DNA of 64,000 nt from contig CAVGCT010000019.1 of NCBI GenBank assembly GCA_963627885.1, positions 391 through 64,390 on the forward strand. The letters run 5' to 3'. The translations under genes and the position numbers were made by a program. Below are positions 28,705 to 37,089 of this stretch, piece after piece; position 1 is the stretch's first letter, and each line of letters starts with the position of its first letter. Origin of the DNA: a bacterium. Its GTDB lineage: Bacteria > Bacteroidota > Bacteroidia > Bacteroidales > UBA932. The notes beneath the pieces are model-generated. The model was not told the origin of the DNA. It was given only the letters and a program-made list of their open reading frames with translations, and did no database searches.

Positions 28705-30181
28705 AACTCTTGGAGATGAATTGTTTGGACTTCATGATGAGAGGATGCATATAGACATCATTCTCCACAAAAGGCACTTCCTTGCGGTAGCGTGCCACCA
28801 GAGCCTCCAGCACGGGAGAGGTCTTGAGCGGACGGCGGAAATCCAGAGCCTGGACGGCGTTGAAGAGTTCTATGCCCAGCACCGTCTCCGCATTGTCCAC
28901 GACTCTCACTAGCTTGGTAGCGGCGTTCGAACCCATGCTCACATGGTCCTCCTGCCCCTGCGACGAAGGGATGGAGTCGCATGAAGCCGGCCAGCACAGA
29001 CCCTTGTTCTGGCTCACGATGGACGCGGCGGTGTACTGCGGGATCATGAAGCCGCTGTTGAGACCGGGATTCGGAGCAAGGAACTTGGGCAGTCCGCGAG
29101 AACCGGAAATGAGCTGGAAAATTCTCCTCTCGGAAATGTTGGCCAGCTCGGAAAGGGCGATCGCAAGGTTGTCCATGGGGATGGCGATGGGCTCGCCGTG
29201 GAAGTTTCCGGCCGATATGATCATGTCCTCCTCGGGGAAGACGTTGGGGTTGTCGGTGGCGCTGTTGATCTCGTCCTCGATGACCGACTCCACATATCTC
29301 ATGGTGTCCTTCACCGCACCGTGAACCTGGGGAATGCAACGGAAAGAATAGGGATCCTGCACATGCTCCTTGGGTCTGGCAATGATTTCGCTGCCCTTCA
29401 GCAGAGCCATGAAAGCGGCGGCGGTGTCAATCTGTCCGCGATGGCGGCGCAGAAGATGAGTCTGAGGATAGAACGCCTCTATGCGTCCGTCAAAGGCCTC
29501 GAGCGACACTGCGCCTATTACGTCGGCCCAACGGGAAAGCCTTTTGCTCTGAATGAGGCTCCATACTGCATGGGCACTCATGAACTGGGTGCCGTTGAGA
29601 AGAGCCAGGCCCTCCTTGGACTGCAATGTCAGAGGCTCCCATCCGAACTCCTTCCAGAGATCGGCGGCCTGACGGGTCTCGCCCTTGTACACGACCTCGC
29701 CCATGCCGATGATCGGGAGACAGAGGTGGGCCAGAGGTGCAAGGTCGCCGGAAGCTCCGAGCGAACCCTGCTGATAGACCACGGGGAGAATGTCATTGTT
29801 GTACATGTCCACAAGCCGCTGGACCGTCGCCAGCTGAGTGCCGGAATGGCCATAGGACAGAGACTGCACCTTGAGCAGCAGCATGAGCCTGACTATCTCG
29901 GGGCGGACCTTTTCGCCGGTTCCGCAGGCATGGGACATTACGAGATTGTGCTGCAGGCGCGAGAGATCCTCCTGAGGGATGGTCACGTTGCAGAGCGAGC
30001 CGAAGCCGGTGGTCACCCCATAGACGGGGCGGCCGATGTCTTCCATCTTGCTGTCCAGATATTTACGGCATTTGTCTATGGCTACGGCCGCCTCGGGTCC
30101 GATTTCGAGCTTTTCCTTGTTCGCAAGAATCTCCTCGACCCTGTCTATGGTGAGGCGTGAATGGGATATGATATGTGTCAT
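28685..30181 (-). CDS. hutH: histidine ammonia-lyase
   Basis: 498 aa. MIO-forming GSLGASGDLAPL motif. Confidence 0.95.
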   Translation of the reverse strand: MTHIISHSRLTIDRVEEILANKEKLEIGPEAAVAIDKCRKYLDSKMEDIGRPVYGVTTGFGSLCNVTIPQEDLSRLQHNLVMSHACGTGEKVRPEIVRLMLLLKVQSLSYGHSGTQLATVQRLVDMYNNDILPVVYQQGSLGASGDLAPLAHLCLPIIGMGEVVYKGETRQAADLWKEFGWEPLTLQSKEGLALLNGTQFMSAHAVWSLIQSKRLSRWADVIGAVSLEAFDGRIEAFYPQTHLLRRHRGQIDTAAAFMALLKGSEIIARPKEHVQDPYSFRCIPQVHGAVKDTMRYVESVIEDEINSATDNPNVFPEEDMIISAGNFHGEPIAIPMDNLAIALSELANISERRIFQLISGSRGLPKFLAPNPGLNSGFMIPQYTAASIVSQNKGLCWPASCDSIPSSQGQEDHVSMGSNAATKLVRVVDNAETVLGIELFNAVQALDFRRPLKTSPVLEALVARYRKEVPFVENDVYMHPLIMKSKQFISKSFENCNQ

Positions 30182-32211
30182 TTCTTTAAAGCTTTTCTAA
30201 CCAATTCATCATCAGCGATTTCAGGTATAGTCACCTTGAGCGAGGGAGTTCTCGCCATCTCGCGTCTGATGGCCATTATGGAGCCTTCGTTGCGGGCCCA
30301 GCTCCTGCGGGCGATGCCGTTGTTGACATCCCAGAACAGCATCTTTTCGATATGCCTGTCGGAGTCCGCGGAGCCGTCGATCAGCATACCGAAGCCGCCG
30401 TTGATGACCTCTCCCCAGCCCACGCCTCCGCCATTGTGCAGCGAGACCCACGTGGCGCCCCTGAAGGAATCGCCTATCACGTTCTGCACGGCCATGTCGG
30501 CGGTGTATTTGGAACCGTCATAGATATTGGAAGTCTCGCGGAAGGGAGAGTCAGTGCCGGAGACGTCGTGATGGTCACGGCCGAGCACTACGGGACCCTT
30601 GAGGACACCTTCACGTATGGCCTTGTTGAACGCCAGGGCGATCTTGGTGCGGCCCTCGCAGTCGGCATAGAGGATGCGGGCCTGGGAACCGACGACAAGC
30701 TTGTTCCTGCCGGCTTCCTCGATCCAGTGGACATTGTCAAGCATCTGTCCGCAGATCTCCTCGGGAGAGCCCGCGGCTATCTCCTTCAGCACTCCGGCCG
30801 CGATTTCGTCGGTCTTGGCGAGATCTTCGGGATCCTCTGACATGCACACCCAGCGGAACGGACCGAATCCATAGTCGAAATAGAGCGGGCCCATGATGTC
30901 CTGCACATAGGAAGGATAGCGGAACGAACCGTCCGGACGGAGCACGTCGGCGCCGGCGCGGGAGCTTTCAAGCAGGAAGGCGTTGCCATAGTCAAAGAAA
31001 TACATTCCCTTGTCGCTCAGCTTGTTGATTGCGGCGACCTGCCTGCGCAGCGAGTCGCGGACAGCGGCCTTGAAACCGTCAGGATCGTCGGCCATCATCC
31101 TCTTGGACTCCTCAAGGGTGAGCCCGACGGGATAGTAGCCTCCCGCCAGAGGGTTGTGCAACGAAGTCTGATCCGATCCGAGATCCACATGGACGTCCTC
31201 GGCGGCCAGTTTCTCCCATAGGTCCACCACATTGCCCACATAGGCGAGGGAGACCACCTCGCGGCCGTCCACAGCCTTGCGTATGCGCGCGAGCAACTCA
31301 TCCAGATCCTCGTGGAGCTCGTCCACCCATCCCTGCTCATAGCGCTTGCGGGCGGCGAGAGGATTGATCTCAGCCGTCACGCTCACCACTCCGGCGATGT
31401 TGCCGGCTTTGGGCTGAGCGCCGGACATGCCGCCCAGACCGGCGGTCACGAACAGCATTCCGCGCATATTCTCACGGTCGCCGGGAATTCCGCGGACCTT
31501 GAGCTGCCTGCGGGCGGCGTTCATCACGGTGATGGTGGTGCCGTGGACTATGCCCTGCGGGCCTATGTACATATACGATCCGGCCGTCATCTGGCCGTAC
31601 TGGGACACTCCCAGAGCATTGAATTTCTCCCAATGGTCCTTGCTGGAATAATTGGGGATGACCATACCATTGGTGACGACCACTCTCGGCGCGTCCTTGT
31701 GGCTGGGGAAAAGACCCAGCGGCAGGCCGGAATACATGGCCAGAGTCTGCTCGTCGGTCATCTGGGACAGATACTGCATGGTGAGCAGATACTGGGCCCA
31801 GTTCTGGAAGATGGCGCCGTTTCCGCCATAGATTATCAGCTCATGGGGATGCTGGGCCACGCGTGGATCCAGATTGTTCTGGATCATGGCCATTATTGCG
31901 GCCGCCTGTCTGGACTTGGCGGGATACTCGTCGATAGGGCGGGCATACATCTCATATTCGGGACGGAAACGGTACATATAGATGCGGCCGTATTCCTCAA
32001 GCTCATGGGCGAACTCCTCAGCCAGCACTGCGTGGTGGCGCGGATGGAAATAGCGGAGAGCGTTCTTGAGCGCCAGCACCTTTTCCTCATCGGTGAGGAT
32101 ATCCTTGCGGCGCGGAGCGTGATTGACTGAAGGGTCGTATGGCCTGGGCTGCGGGAGTTCATCCGGAATTCCCTGCAGTATAGCTGACTGGAATTTATTC
32201 ATGGTCACCAT
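30178..32211 (-). CDS. hutU: urocanate hydratase (long form)
   Basis: 677 aa. Urocanase motifs (GMSGAQPKA, GGGVGWGE). Its stop overlaps the hutH start (ATGA). Confidence 0.95.
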   Translation of the reverse strand: MVTMNKFQSAILQGIPDELPQPRPYDPSVNHAPRRKDILTDEEKVLALKNALRYFHPRHHAVLAEEFAHELEEYGRIYMYRFRPEYEMYARPIDEYPAKSRQAAAIMAMIQNNLDPRVAQHPHELIIYGGNGAIFQNWAQYLLTMQYLSQMTDEQTLAMYSGLPLGLFPSHKDAPRVVVTNGMVIPNYSSKDHWEKFNALGVSQYGQMTAGSYMYIGPQGIVHGTTITVMNAARRQLKVRGIPGDRENMRGMLFVTAGLGGMSGAQPKAGNIAGVVSVTAEINPLAARKRYEQGWVDELHEDLDELLARIRKAVDGREVVSLAYVGNVVDLWEKLAAEDVHVDLGSDQTSLHNPLAGGYYPVGLTLEESKRMMADDPDGFKAAVRDSLRRQVAAINKLSDKGMYFFDYGNAFLLESSRAGADVLRPDGSFRYPSYVQDIMGPLYFDYGFGPFRWVCMSEDPEDLAKTDEIAAGVLKEIAAGSPEEICGQMLDNVHWIEEAGRNKLVVGSQARILYADCEGRTKIALAFNKAIREGVLKGPVVLGRDHHDVSGTDSPFRETSNIYDGSKYTADMAVQNVIGDSFRGATWVSLHNGGGVGWGEVINGGFGMLIDGSADSDRHIEKMLFWDVNNGIARRSWARNEGSIMAIRREMARTPSLKVTIPEIADDELVRKALKK

Positions 32212-33913
32212 TGATATGAGAATCCACTATGGCAAGAGTCTCCTCCTGCATGGAAAGAGCCTCGGCCACTATCTTTTCGGCCTCGGCTACGATTTTGCCG
32301 GCCTCCTCGCGGTTCTGGAGGGACGCGGCGTTGATGCGGACATTGAGAGCCGCTCCCCTCACGGCCGCGACGGCCGCGAGAACGCCCACTCCGGCATCGG
32401 AAACGGATGCGGGATTGCCCTTCTCGGCCATGGCGCGAGCTATGGGAATGGCCTTGAGCGAAGCCTTCATGGTCTTGAGAGGGACCTGCGCCGCATAGAG
32501 AGTGGCGGCCTCCATGGCCTCCTCGCGGGCCTTCTTTTCCTCCGGAGTGCCTTTCGGCATGGAAAACACGTCCATTATCCTGTTGAATGCGGCAGTGTCC
32601 TCATCCACAAGGGCGAGCAGTTCGGCCACAAGGGCCTGTCCCTTCTCGGCGACATCGGAGAATTCCTTCCAACGGTCATCCCAGCCGCGCTTGTGCGATG
32701 AAAGATTGGCGACCATGGTGCCGAGAGCCGCGCCAAGAGCTCCCATATAGGCGGACACGGATCCGCCACCGGGCGCTGCCGACTCCGAAGCCGTCTCCAG
32801 AGCGAAGGCCTTCACGGTCATCCGCTCAAGCTTCTCCTTGACAGCCAGCTCGGCCTCATCCTCCATGAGATATTCGATCACCTTTTCACGGGGCTTGAAC
32901 GGGGCGATGTCGTCCAGACTCATGGACTTCACGGCCATCCTTATCAGCTCGTCCTCGGAAACTCCGAGCGACCTGCTCTGCAATGTGAGATAGTGCTTCC
33001 CGGCATCCACCAGAACGCTCTTGGGCACGAGTCCCACAATCTCGGCTCCAGTCACGCGGAGACCTCTTGCGGAGGCGGCGCGACACACTTCGTCAAAAGC
33101 CTTGTGAAGCGGGACGGCGTTTATGTCCGTTATGTTCATTGACACCTGGGCGATGCCATATTCGTCTATATACCATCCGATCGCCTTGCATCCCTTGAGG
33201 GTGCCGGGGATCCATATCTGCTTGCCGTCGGCGTCTTTGAGAAGCTTGCCGGTGAGAGACCCTCCCTCACGGGCCTTGCGGCCTTTCTCACGCACATCGA
33301 AAGCGACGGACATGGCCCTGCGCACCGAAGTCGTGTTCAGGTTGAAATTCACAGCTATCAGGAAGTTGCGGGCCCCCACGTTGATCGCCCCGGAACGCGC
33401 CACGGTCCCGTTGTATTTCTCAGGACCGAAATCGGGACGACGCTCGGGGTCGGAGATCTTCTCGGGCAGGGCCTCGTATTCTCCGGCCCTGCACACGGCC
33501 AGATTGCGCCTTTCGGGCTTGTAGGCCGCGGCCTCATAGCAGTAGCATGGAATGCCGGTCTCATTGTAAATGTCGGAGGCAAGTTTGCGCGCGATCTCGG
33601 CACATTCCTCAAGGGTTATGTTCGAGACCGGGATCAGCGGCAGCACGTCGGTGGCTCCGGAACGGGGATGGGCGCCGTGATGGTGGCTCATGTCTATGAG
33701 CGCGGCCGCCTCCTTGACACCCCTCATGGCCGCTTTGCACACTGCCTCGGGCTCGCCCACGAAGGTCACCACCGTCCTGTTGGTGGCCTCGCCGGGATCC
33801 ACGTCCAGCACCTTCACCTCCTTGACGGAGGCTATGGCGGCCACAATCTTGTCTATCACTTCTTTATTGCGTCCTTCGCTGAAATTCGGGACGCACTCCA
33901 CGATTTTACGCAT
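32195..33913 (-). CDS. ftcD: bifunctional glutamate formimidoyltransferase / formimidoyltetrahydrofolate cyclodeaminase
   Basis: 572 aa. N-terminal MRKIVECVPNFSEGR (formiminotransferase) and C-terminal AAPGGGSVSAYMGALGAALG (cyclodeaminase) in one ORF. Confidence 0.9.
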   Translation of the reverse strand: MRKIVECVPNFSEGRNKEVIDKIVAAIASVKEVKVLDVDPGEATNRTVVTFVGEPEAVCKAAMRGVKEAAALIDMSHHHGAHPRSGATDVLPLIPVSNITLEECAEIARKLASDIYNETGIPCYCYEAAAYKPERRNLAVCRAGEYEALPEKISDPERRPDFGPEKYNGTVARSGAINVGARNFLIAVNFNLNTTSVRRAMSVAFDVREKGRKAREGGSLTGKLLKDADGKQIWIPGTLKGCKAIGWYIDEYGIAQVSMNITDINAVPLHKAFDEVCRAASARGLRVTGAEIVGLVPKSVLVDAGKHYLTLQSRSLGVSEDELIRMAVKSMSLDDIAPFKPREKVIEYLMEDEAELAVKEKLERMTVKAFALETASESAAPGGGSVSAYMGALGAALGTMVANLSSHKRGWDDRWKEFSDVAEKGQALVAELLALVDEDTAAFNRIMDVFSMPKGTPEEKKAREEAMEAATLYAAQVPLKTMKASLKAIPIARAMAEKGNPASVSDAGVGVLAAVAAVRGAALNVRINAASLQNREEAGKIVAEAEKIVAEALSMQEETLAIVDSHINGDHE

Positions 33914-34146
33914 TATGGTAGGTTTTAATGGTTATCAGTATGAGGGTAAAATTAGCTAATATTTTTGAAAGCAACCCACAATTCAGGTTTTAAATGATAA
34001 GCTTTAAGCGCGAAAATATGAAAGGAGCATCAATCTCCAAAGCACTATATTATGAAGAGAAACGATGCCGGTGCGGTTCGGGGATTTTTGCTACATTTGA
34101 GGTGCATGGAAACCGCTTCGGACAACTAAGCACGTAATTCCCGGGA

Positions 34147-35274
34147 CTACAACAGCCATCCGGTCCAGTTGTCGGGAGTGACGACCGCAGTCCTTTCCAC
34201 ATCGTAGGCCCTCATAAACGCTTCAGGCAGTTTCGTCCTCGCTTTTTTCGGATTGAATTTCATCTCGAAAAGAGTGAAGCGTCCGTCCCTCTCCTCGATG
34301 TAGTCAATCTCCTGCTGCCCGGTCGTCCGCCAAAAATAGCTTTTAGCACAGTTCCCGGCGTAATGATTCATTTTTATCCTTTCGCTGATTACAAAATTTT
34401 CCCATAATGCACCGCTGTCCTGCCTCATGGCCAGTGGAGCGAAGTTCTGAAGTATGGCATTGCGTATCCCGTTGTCATAGAAATATATCTTCTTGCTCTT
34501 CTTCAACTCTGTCCGCAGATTCCTGTTGAATCCATCGAGACGGAATATCACAAAGCATTTTTCCAGCAGATCGACATATTTCTCAACCGTCTTGTTGTCA
34601 GTTCCTACAGTCTGTGCAAGTTCATTGTACGACACCTCAGATGACAGCTGCAGGGCGAGAGCGACAAGCAGTTTCTCAAGCAGGGCGGGCCGCCTGATGT
34701 CTTCTAACGAAAGAAGGTCCTTATAGAGATAGCTTCCGGCGATATCCATCAATATTTGTCTGGCCTCCTCCGGCCGTGAGAACACCTCCGGATACGATCC
34801 GTAGACAAGCCTCTGTTCAAGCGTCTGCCGTAGCGGCACAACTCCTTCCGCGCCGCAGATTTCCGCAGAAGAGAGCGGGAAAAGGTGATGCTCATATTTT
34901 CGTCCTGTAAGCGGTTCATTCAGTTTGTTCCGCAGCTCAAATGAAGATGATCCCGTGACAAGCAGTTGCACTTCCGGGAAATTATCGGTCAGACGCTTCA
35001 GTGTCATCCCTATCCCCGGGACCGACTGGGCCTCATCGATCATAACAATTTTATTCTGCCCGACAATCAATCTCAATGCCGGGGTTCCCGCCTCCGTCAA
35101 CATTGACACGACTTCCGGCTCATCGCAGTTCAGCCGGAGAATCTTTTCCGGCCGAGGATCCAGAATCATTCTGAAAAGCGTACTCTTCCCCACTTGCCTC
35201 GCTCCGATGACGACAATTGCCTTTCCCCGGAACATCTCCTTTTCGATTATAGCCTGCAACGTCCTCTCTATCAT
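34147..35274 (-). CDS. AAA+ ATPase with DUF4143-like C-terminal domain
   Basis: 375 aa. Walker A GARQVGKST (24-32), Walker B IVMIDEAQ. C-terminal D324 ... E337-M-K339 (EIDYI ... LFEMKF) fits a PD-(D/E)xK-like pattern. Codon composition is AT-richer than the neighbours. Confidence 0.8.
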   Translation of the reverse strand: MIERTLQAIIEKEMFRGKAIVVIGARQVGKSTLFRMILDPRPEKILRLNCDEPEVVSMLTEAGTPALRLIVGQNKIVMIDEAQSVPGIGMTLKRLTDNFPEVQLLVTGSSSFELRNKLNEPLTGRKYEHHLFPLSSAEICGAEGVVPLRQTLEQRLVYGSYPEVFSRPEEARQILMDIAGSYLYKDLLSLEDIRRPALLEKLLVALALQLSSEVSYNELAQTVGTDNKTVEKYVDLLEKCFVIFRLDGFNRNLRTELKKSKKIYFYDNGIRNAILQNFAPLAMRQDSGALWENFVISERIKMNHYAGNCAKSYFWRTTGQQEIDYIEERDGRFTLFEMKFNPKKARTKLPEAFMRAYDVERTAVVTPDNWTGWLL

Positions 35275-35299
35275 AGCACATTGATTGTTTGATATGTTG

Positions 35300-35307
35300 C
35301 AAATATA
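35300..35307 (-). promoter_or_regulatory. -7 promoter box TATATTTG upstream of the AAA+ ATPase gene
   Basis: TAnnTTTG match on the minus strand, 26 nt upstream of ATG 35274. Confidence 0.45.
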
Positions 35308-35322
35308 GACAATAAGAATACC

Positions 35323-35384
35323 AATCCCAAATTTTATACAAATTTTGGGATTGCAATCCTAAAATTCTGCGATTTTTTGGGATT
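35323..35384. repeat. two tandem palindromic units AATCCyAAA-N11/12-TTTGGGATT
   Basis: AATCCCAAA (35323-31) / TTTGGGATT (35344-52), then AATCCTAAA (35356-64) / TTTGGGATT (35376-84). Located 16-85 nt upstream of the AAA+ ATPase -7 box. Confidence 0.7.
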
Positions 35385-35408
35385 ACGCAAGATTTTTTGC
35401 ACAAAAAG

Positions 35409-35436
35409 TTTTTTATCCTGAGGATAGGATAAAAAA
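35409..35436. repeat. perfect 11-bp inverted repeat TTTTTTATCCT / AGGATAAAAAA
   Basis: The arms at 35409-19 and 35426-36 have a 6-nt loop. No intact gene ends next to it. Confidence 0.6.
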
Positions 35437-35629
35437 CGGCCGATTTTATCTTGTGCGCAGGATGAAATAGCCATATGTGTAAACGGTAACTTTGCTTCAA
35501 TCTCCACTGTGAACTTCCTTTTTTTCCTATACTTTTGGCCAAACGTGAAATGGATATCGTTGCAATTGATCAGGAAGGACAGTTCTGTTATAGTTTTGCA
35601 AAGAGAAACTACCCTGTGGCTCAGTATAA

Positions 35630-36052
35630 GGTCTTTATGAGGAAGACCGGATTGTTGGCAATGGCGGCATCCAGATGCGCGATGTATGGACATTGCCGGC
35701 GATTGCCAAATGGGAGAAGTCCTGTGGCAAGCACCCTACTCAGAAGCCGCTGTGCGTCCTTTCGCGAATCGTTCAGGCCTCCACAGAAACGGGAGCTTGG
35801 ATATTGGATCCGTTTACCGGCAGCAGCACAACCGGAATAGCGGCCAACTTGCTTGGACGCAGATTTTTGGATGTAGACATGGAAGACAAATTCTTGGAGA
35901 TGAGCAAGTCTCGCCGCCAAGAATTGGATAATATGTCATTACGCGCTGACTATCTGGAGAGGCTCCAGAAGCAGGCTAAACTCTTCGAAGATAAGGATAT
36001 CCGAGTACTGGGTGAACCGGCCGTATTCTATGGACCGGTGTTGCCGTTCTAA
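35630..36052 (+). pseudogene. 5'-truncated beta-class N4/N6 DNA methyltransferase remnant
   Basis: Encodes only the C-terminal half: RDVWTLPA..., HPTQKP, then DPFTGSSTTG (SAM-binding FxGxG). There is an in-frame stop at 35627-35629, and I found no DPPY/NPPY catalytic motif in any upstream frame I translated. Confidence 0.65.
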
Positions 36053-36076
36053 TATTCGACAACCATGCCCTCACGC

Positions 36077-36958
36077 TCACCAGTTGCCGGAGGCGGCGTC
36101 TTCGGCGGAGAGGATTTTCTCGGCGGAGGAGAGGAAGAACATGGCGATCTGGGTAAAGTCCATCTTGAGTTCCTTGCCCAACCCGATTTCTTCCTTGGCT
36201 GTAGCCACATTGTACCACTGCAGGCACTGGAAGGCCCTCAGGTTGTTCATCCTCAGGATATCGTCCCTGCCGGGCTCGTGGCCCAGATAGGCCTTGAGCA
36301 GGGCATAAGACTCCCTGTAACCGACGTTGCCGTGGCAGGCGATGTCATAGTAGGGGTCGTTCATTCCGGCATACTCCCAGTCAAGGACATAGAGCCTGTC
36401 GTCGGCCTGCACCAGATTGGAGGGTTGGAAGTCGCAGTGGCAGGGGACCAGAGTCTCGGGCCTGAGCCTGTCATAGACCTCATGCACGTTATCCCTCATG
36501 CGCAGATATTTGTCCGGGTGGACGAATCCGTATCCGGCGCAGAGCTTCTCATATGAATCAAGCCTTCCGAAAGGGTCATAGTCATCGATGCTGATGCAGC
36601 TTTCATGCAGCTTGTGGAGCACCTTGGCGCAACTCTCGGCAAAGGGCACCACGTCGACCGAGGAAAGGATGGTACCATCCACATACTCAGCCATCTTCTC
36701 GCCGCTCTTCACGTCGAAGAACACTGTCCTGTTGTTCAGCTCCAACGGATCCACGGCCTTGATGGTTCTGTATTCGTTGTCGCGGTCCACGAACAGCTCG
36801 GCCTTTTTGCCAGGCACCCTGTAGGTGTATTTCTTGCCGCCGCACTCAATCACATATGTATAGTTGCTCATGCCTCCGAGCAGTCTGTTCAGAATCTTGA
36901 CATCGCCGCGGAGAACCTCCCCCGCGCGGGAAACGATGTATTCTTCAATCTTGTCCAT
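36077..36958 (-). CDS. choline/ethanolamine/thiamine-kinase family phosphotransferase (APH fold)
   Basis: 293 aa from ATG 36958 (MDKIEEY...). GGMSNYTYVI, Brenner-type HCDFQPSNL and VLDWEYAGMNDPYYDIA motifs, as in LicA/ThiK. Confidence 0.7.
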   Translation of the reverse strand: MDKIEEYIVSRAGEVLRGDVKILNRLLGGMSNYTYVIECGGKKYTYRVPGKKAELFVDRDNEYRTIKAVDPLELNNRTVFFDVKSGEKMAEYVDGTILSSVDVVPFAESCAKVLHKLHESCISIDDYDPFGRLDSYEKLCAGYGFVHPDKYLRMRDNVHEVYDRLRPETLVPCHCDFQPSNLVQADDRLYVLDWEYAGMNDPYYDIACHGNVGYRESYALLKAYLGHEPGRDDILRMNNLRAFQCLQWYNVATAKEEIGLGKELKMDFTQIAMFFLSSAEKILSAEDAASGNW

Positions 36959-36993
36959 AATCAGATAATCTAACTCAACATTACGAATGGGGG

Positions 36994-37001
36994 CAAAAAT
37001 A
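36994..37001 (-). promoter_or_regulatory. -7 promoter box TATTTTTG upstream of the kinase-family gene
   Basis: TAnnTTTG match on the minus strand, 36 nt upstream of ATG 36958. Confidence 0.4.
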
Positions 37002-37044
37002 GTCAAAAAAAGGAAACCATCGTTCCGAGCATACATTTTTTGAC

Positions 37045-37052
37045 TAAATTTG
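37045..37052 (+). promoter_or_regulatory. -7 promoter box TAAATTTG upstream of the MFS sugar transporter
   Basis: TAnnTTTG match 38 nt upstream of ATG 37090. Confidence 0.45.
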
Positions 37053-37089
37053 TGAGAATAGACAAATCAACAACTAAAATTATAACCGC

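Noticed and set aside
34018-34137. 39-codon ORF (MKGASISKALYYEEKRCRCGSGIF...) in the AT-rich spacer next to the ATPase gene. CRCGSG faintly recalls a SEC-C motif.
   Set aside because: It has no promoter box or conserved full motif, it is very short, and it could be a gene fragment or chance. I do not report it as a feature.
35535-35840. 101-aa TTG-initiated ORF overlapping the methyltransferase remnant in another frame
   Set aside because: No motif was found. The +2 frame carries the clear HPTQKP/DPFTGSSTTG methyltransferase signature, so this frame is a shadow.
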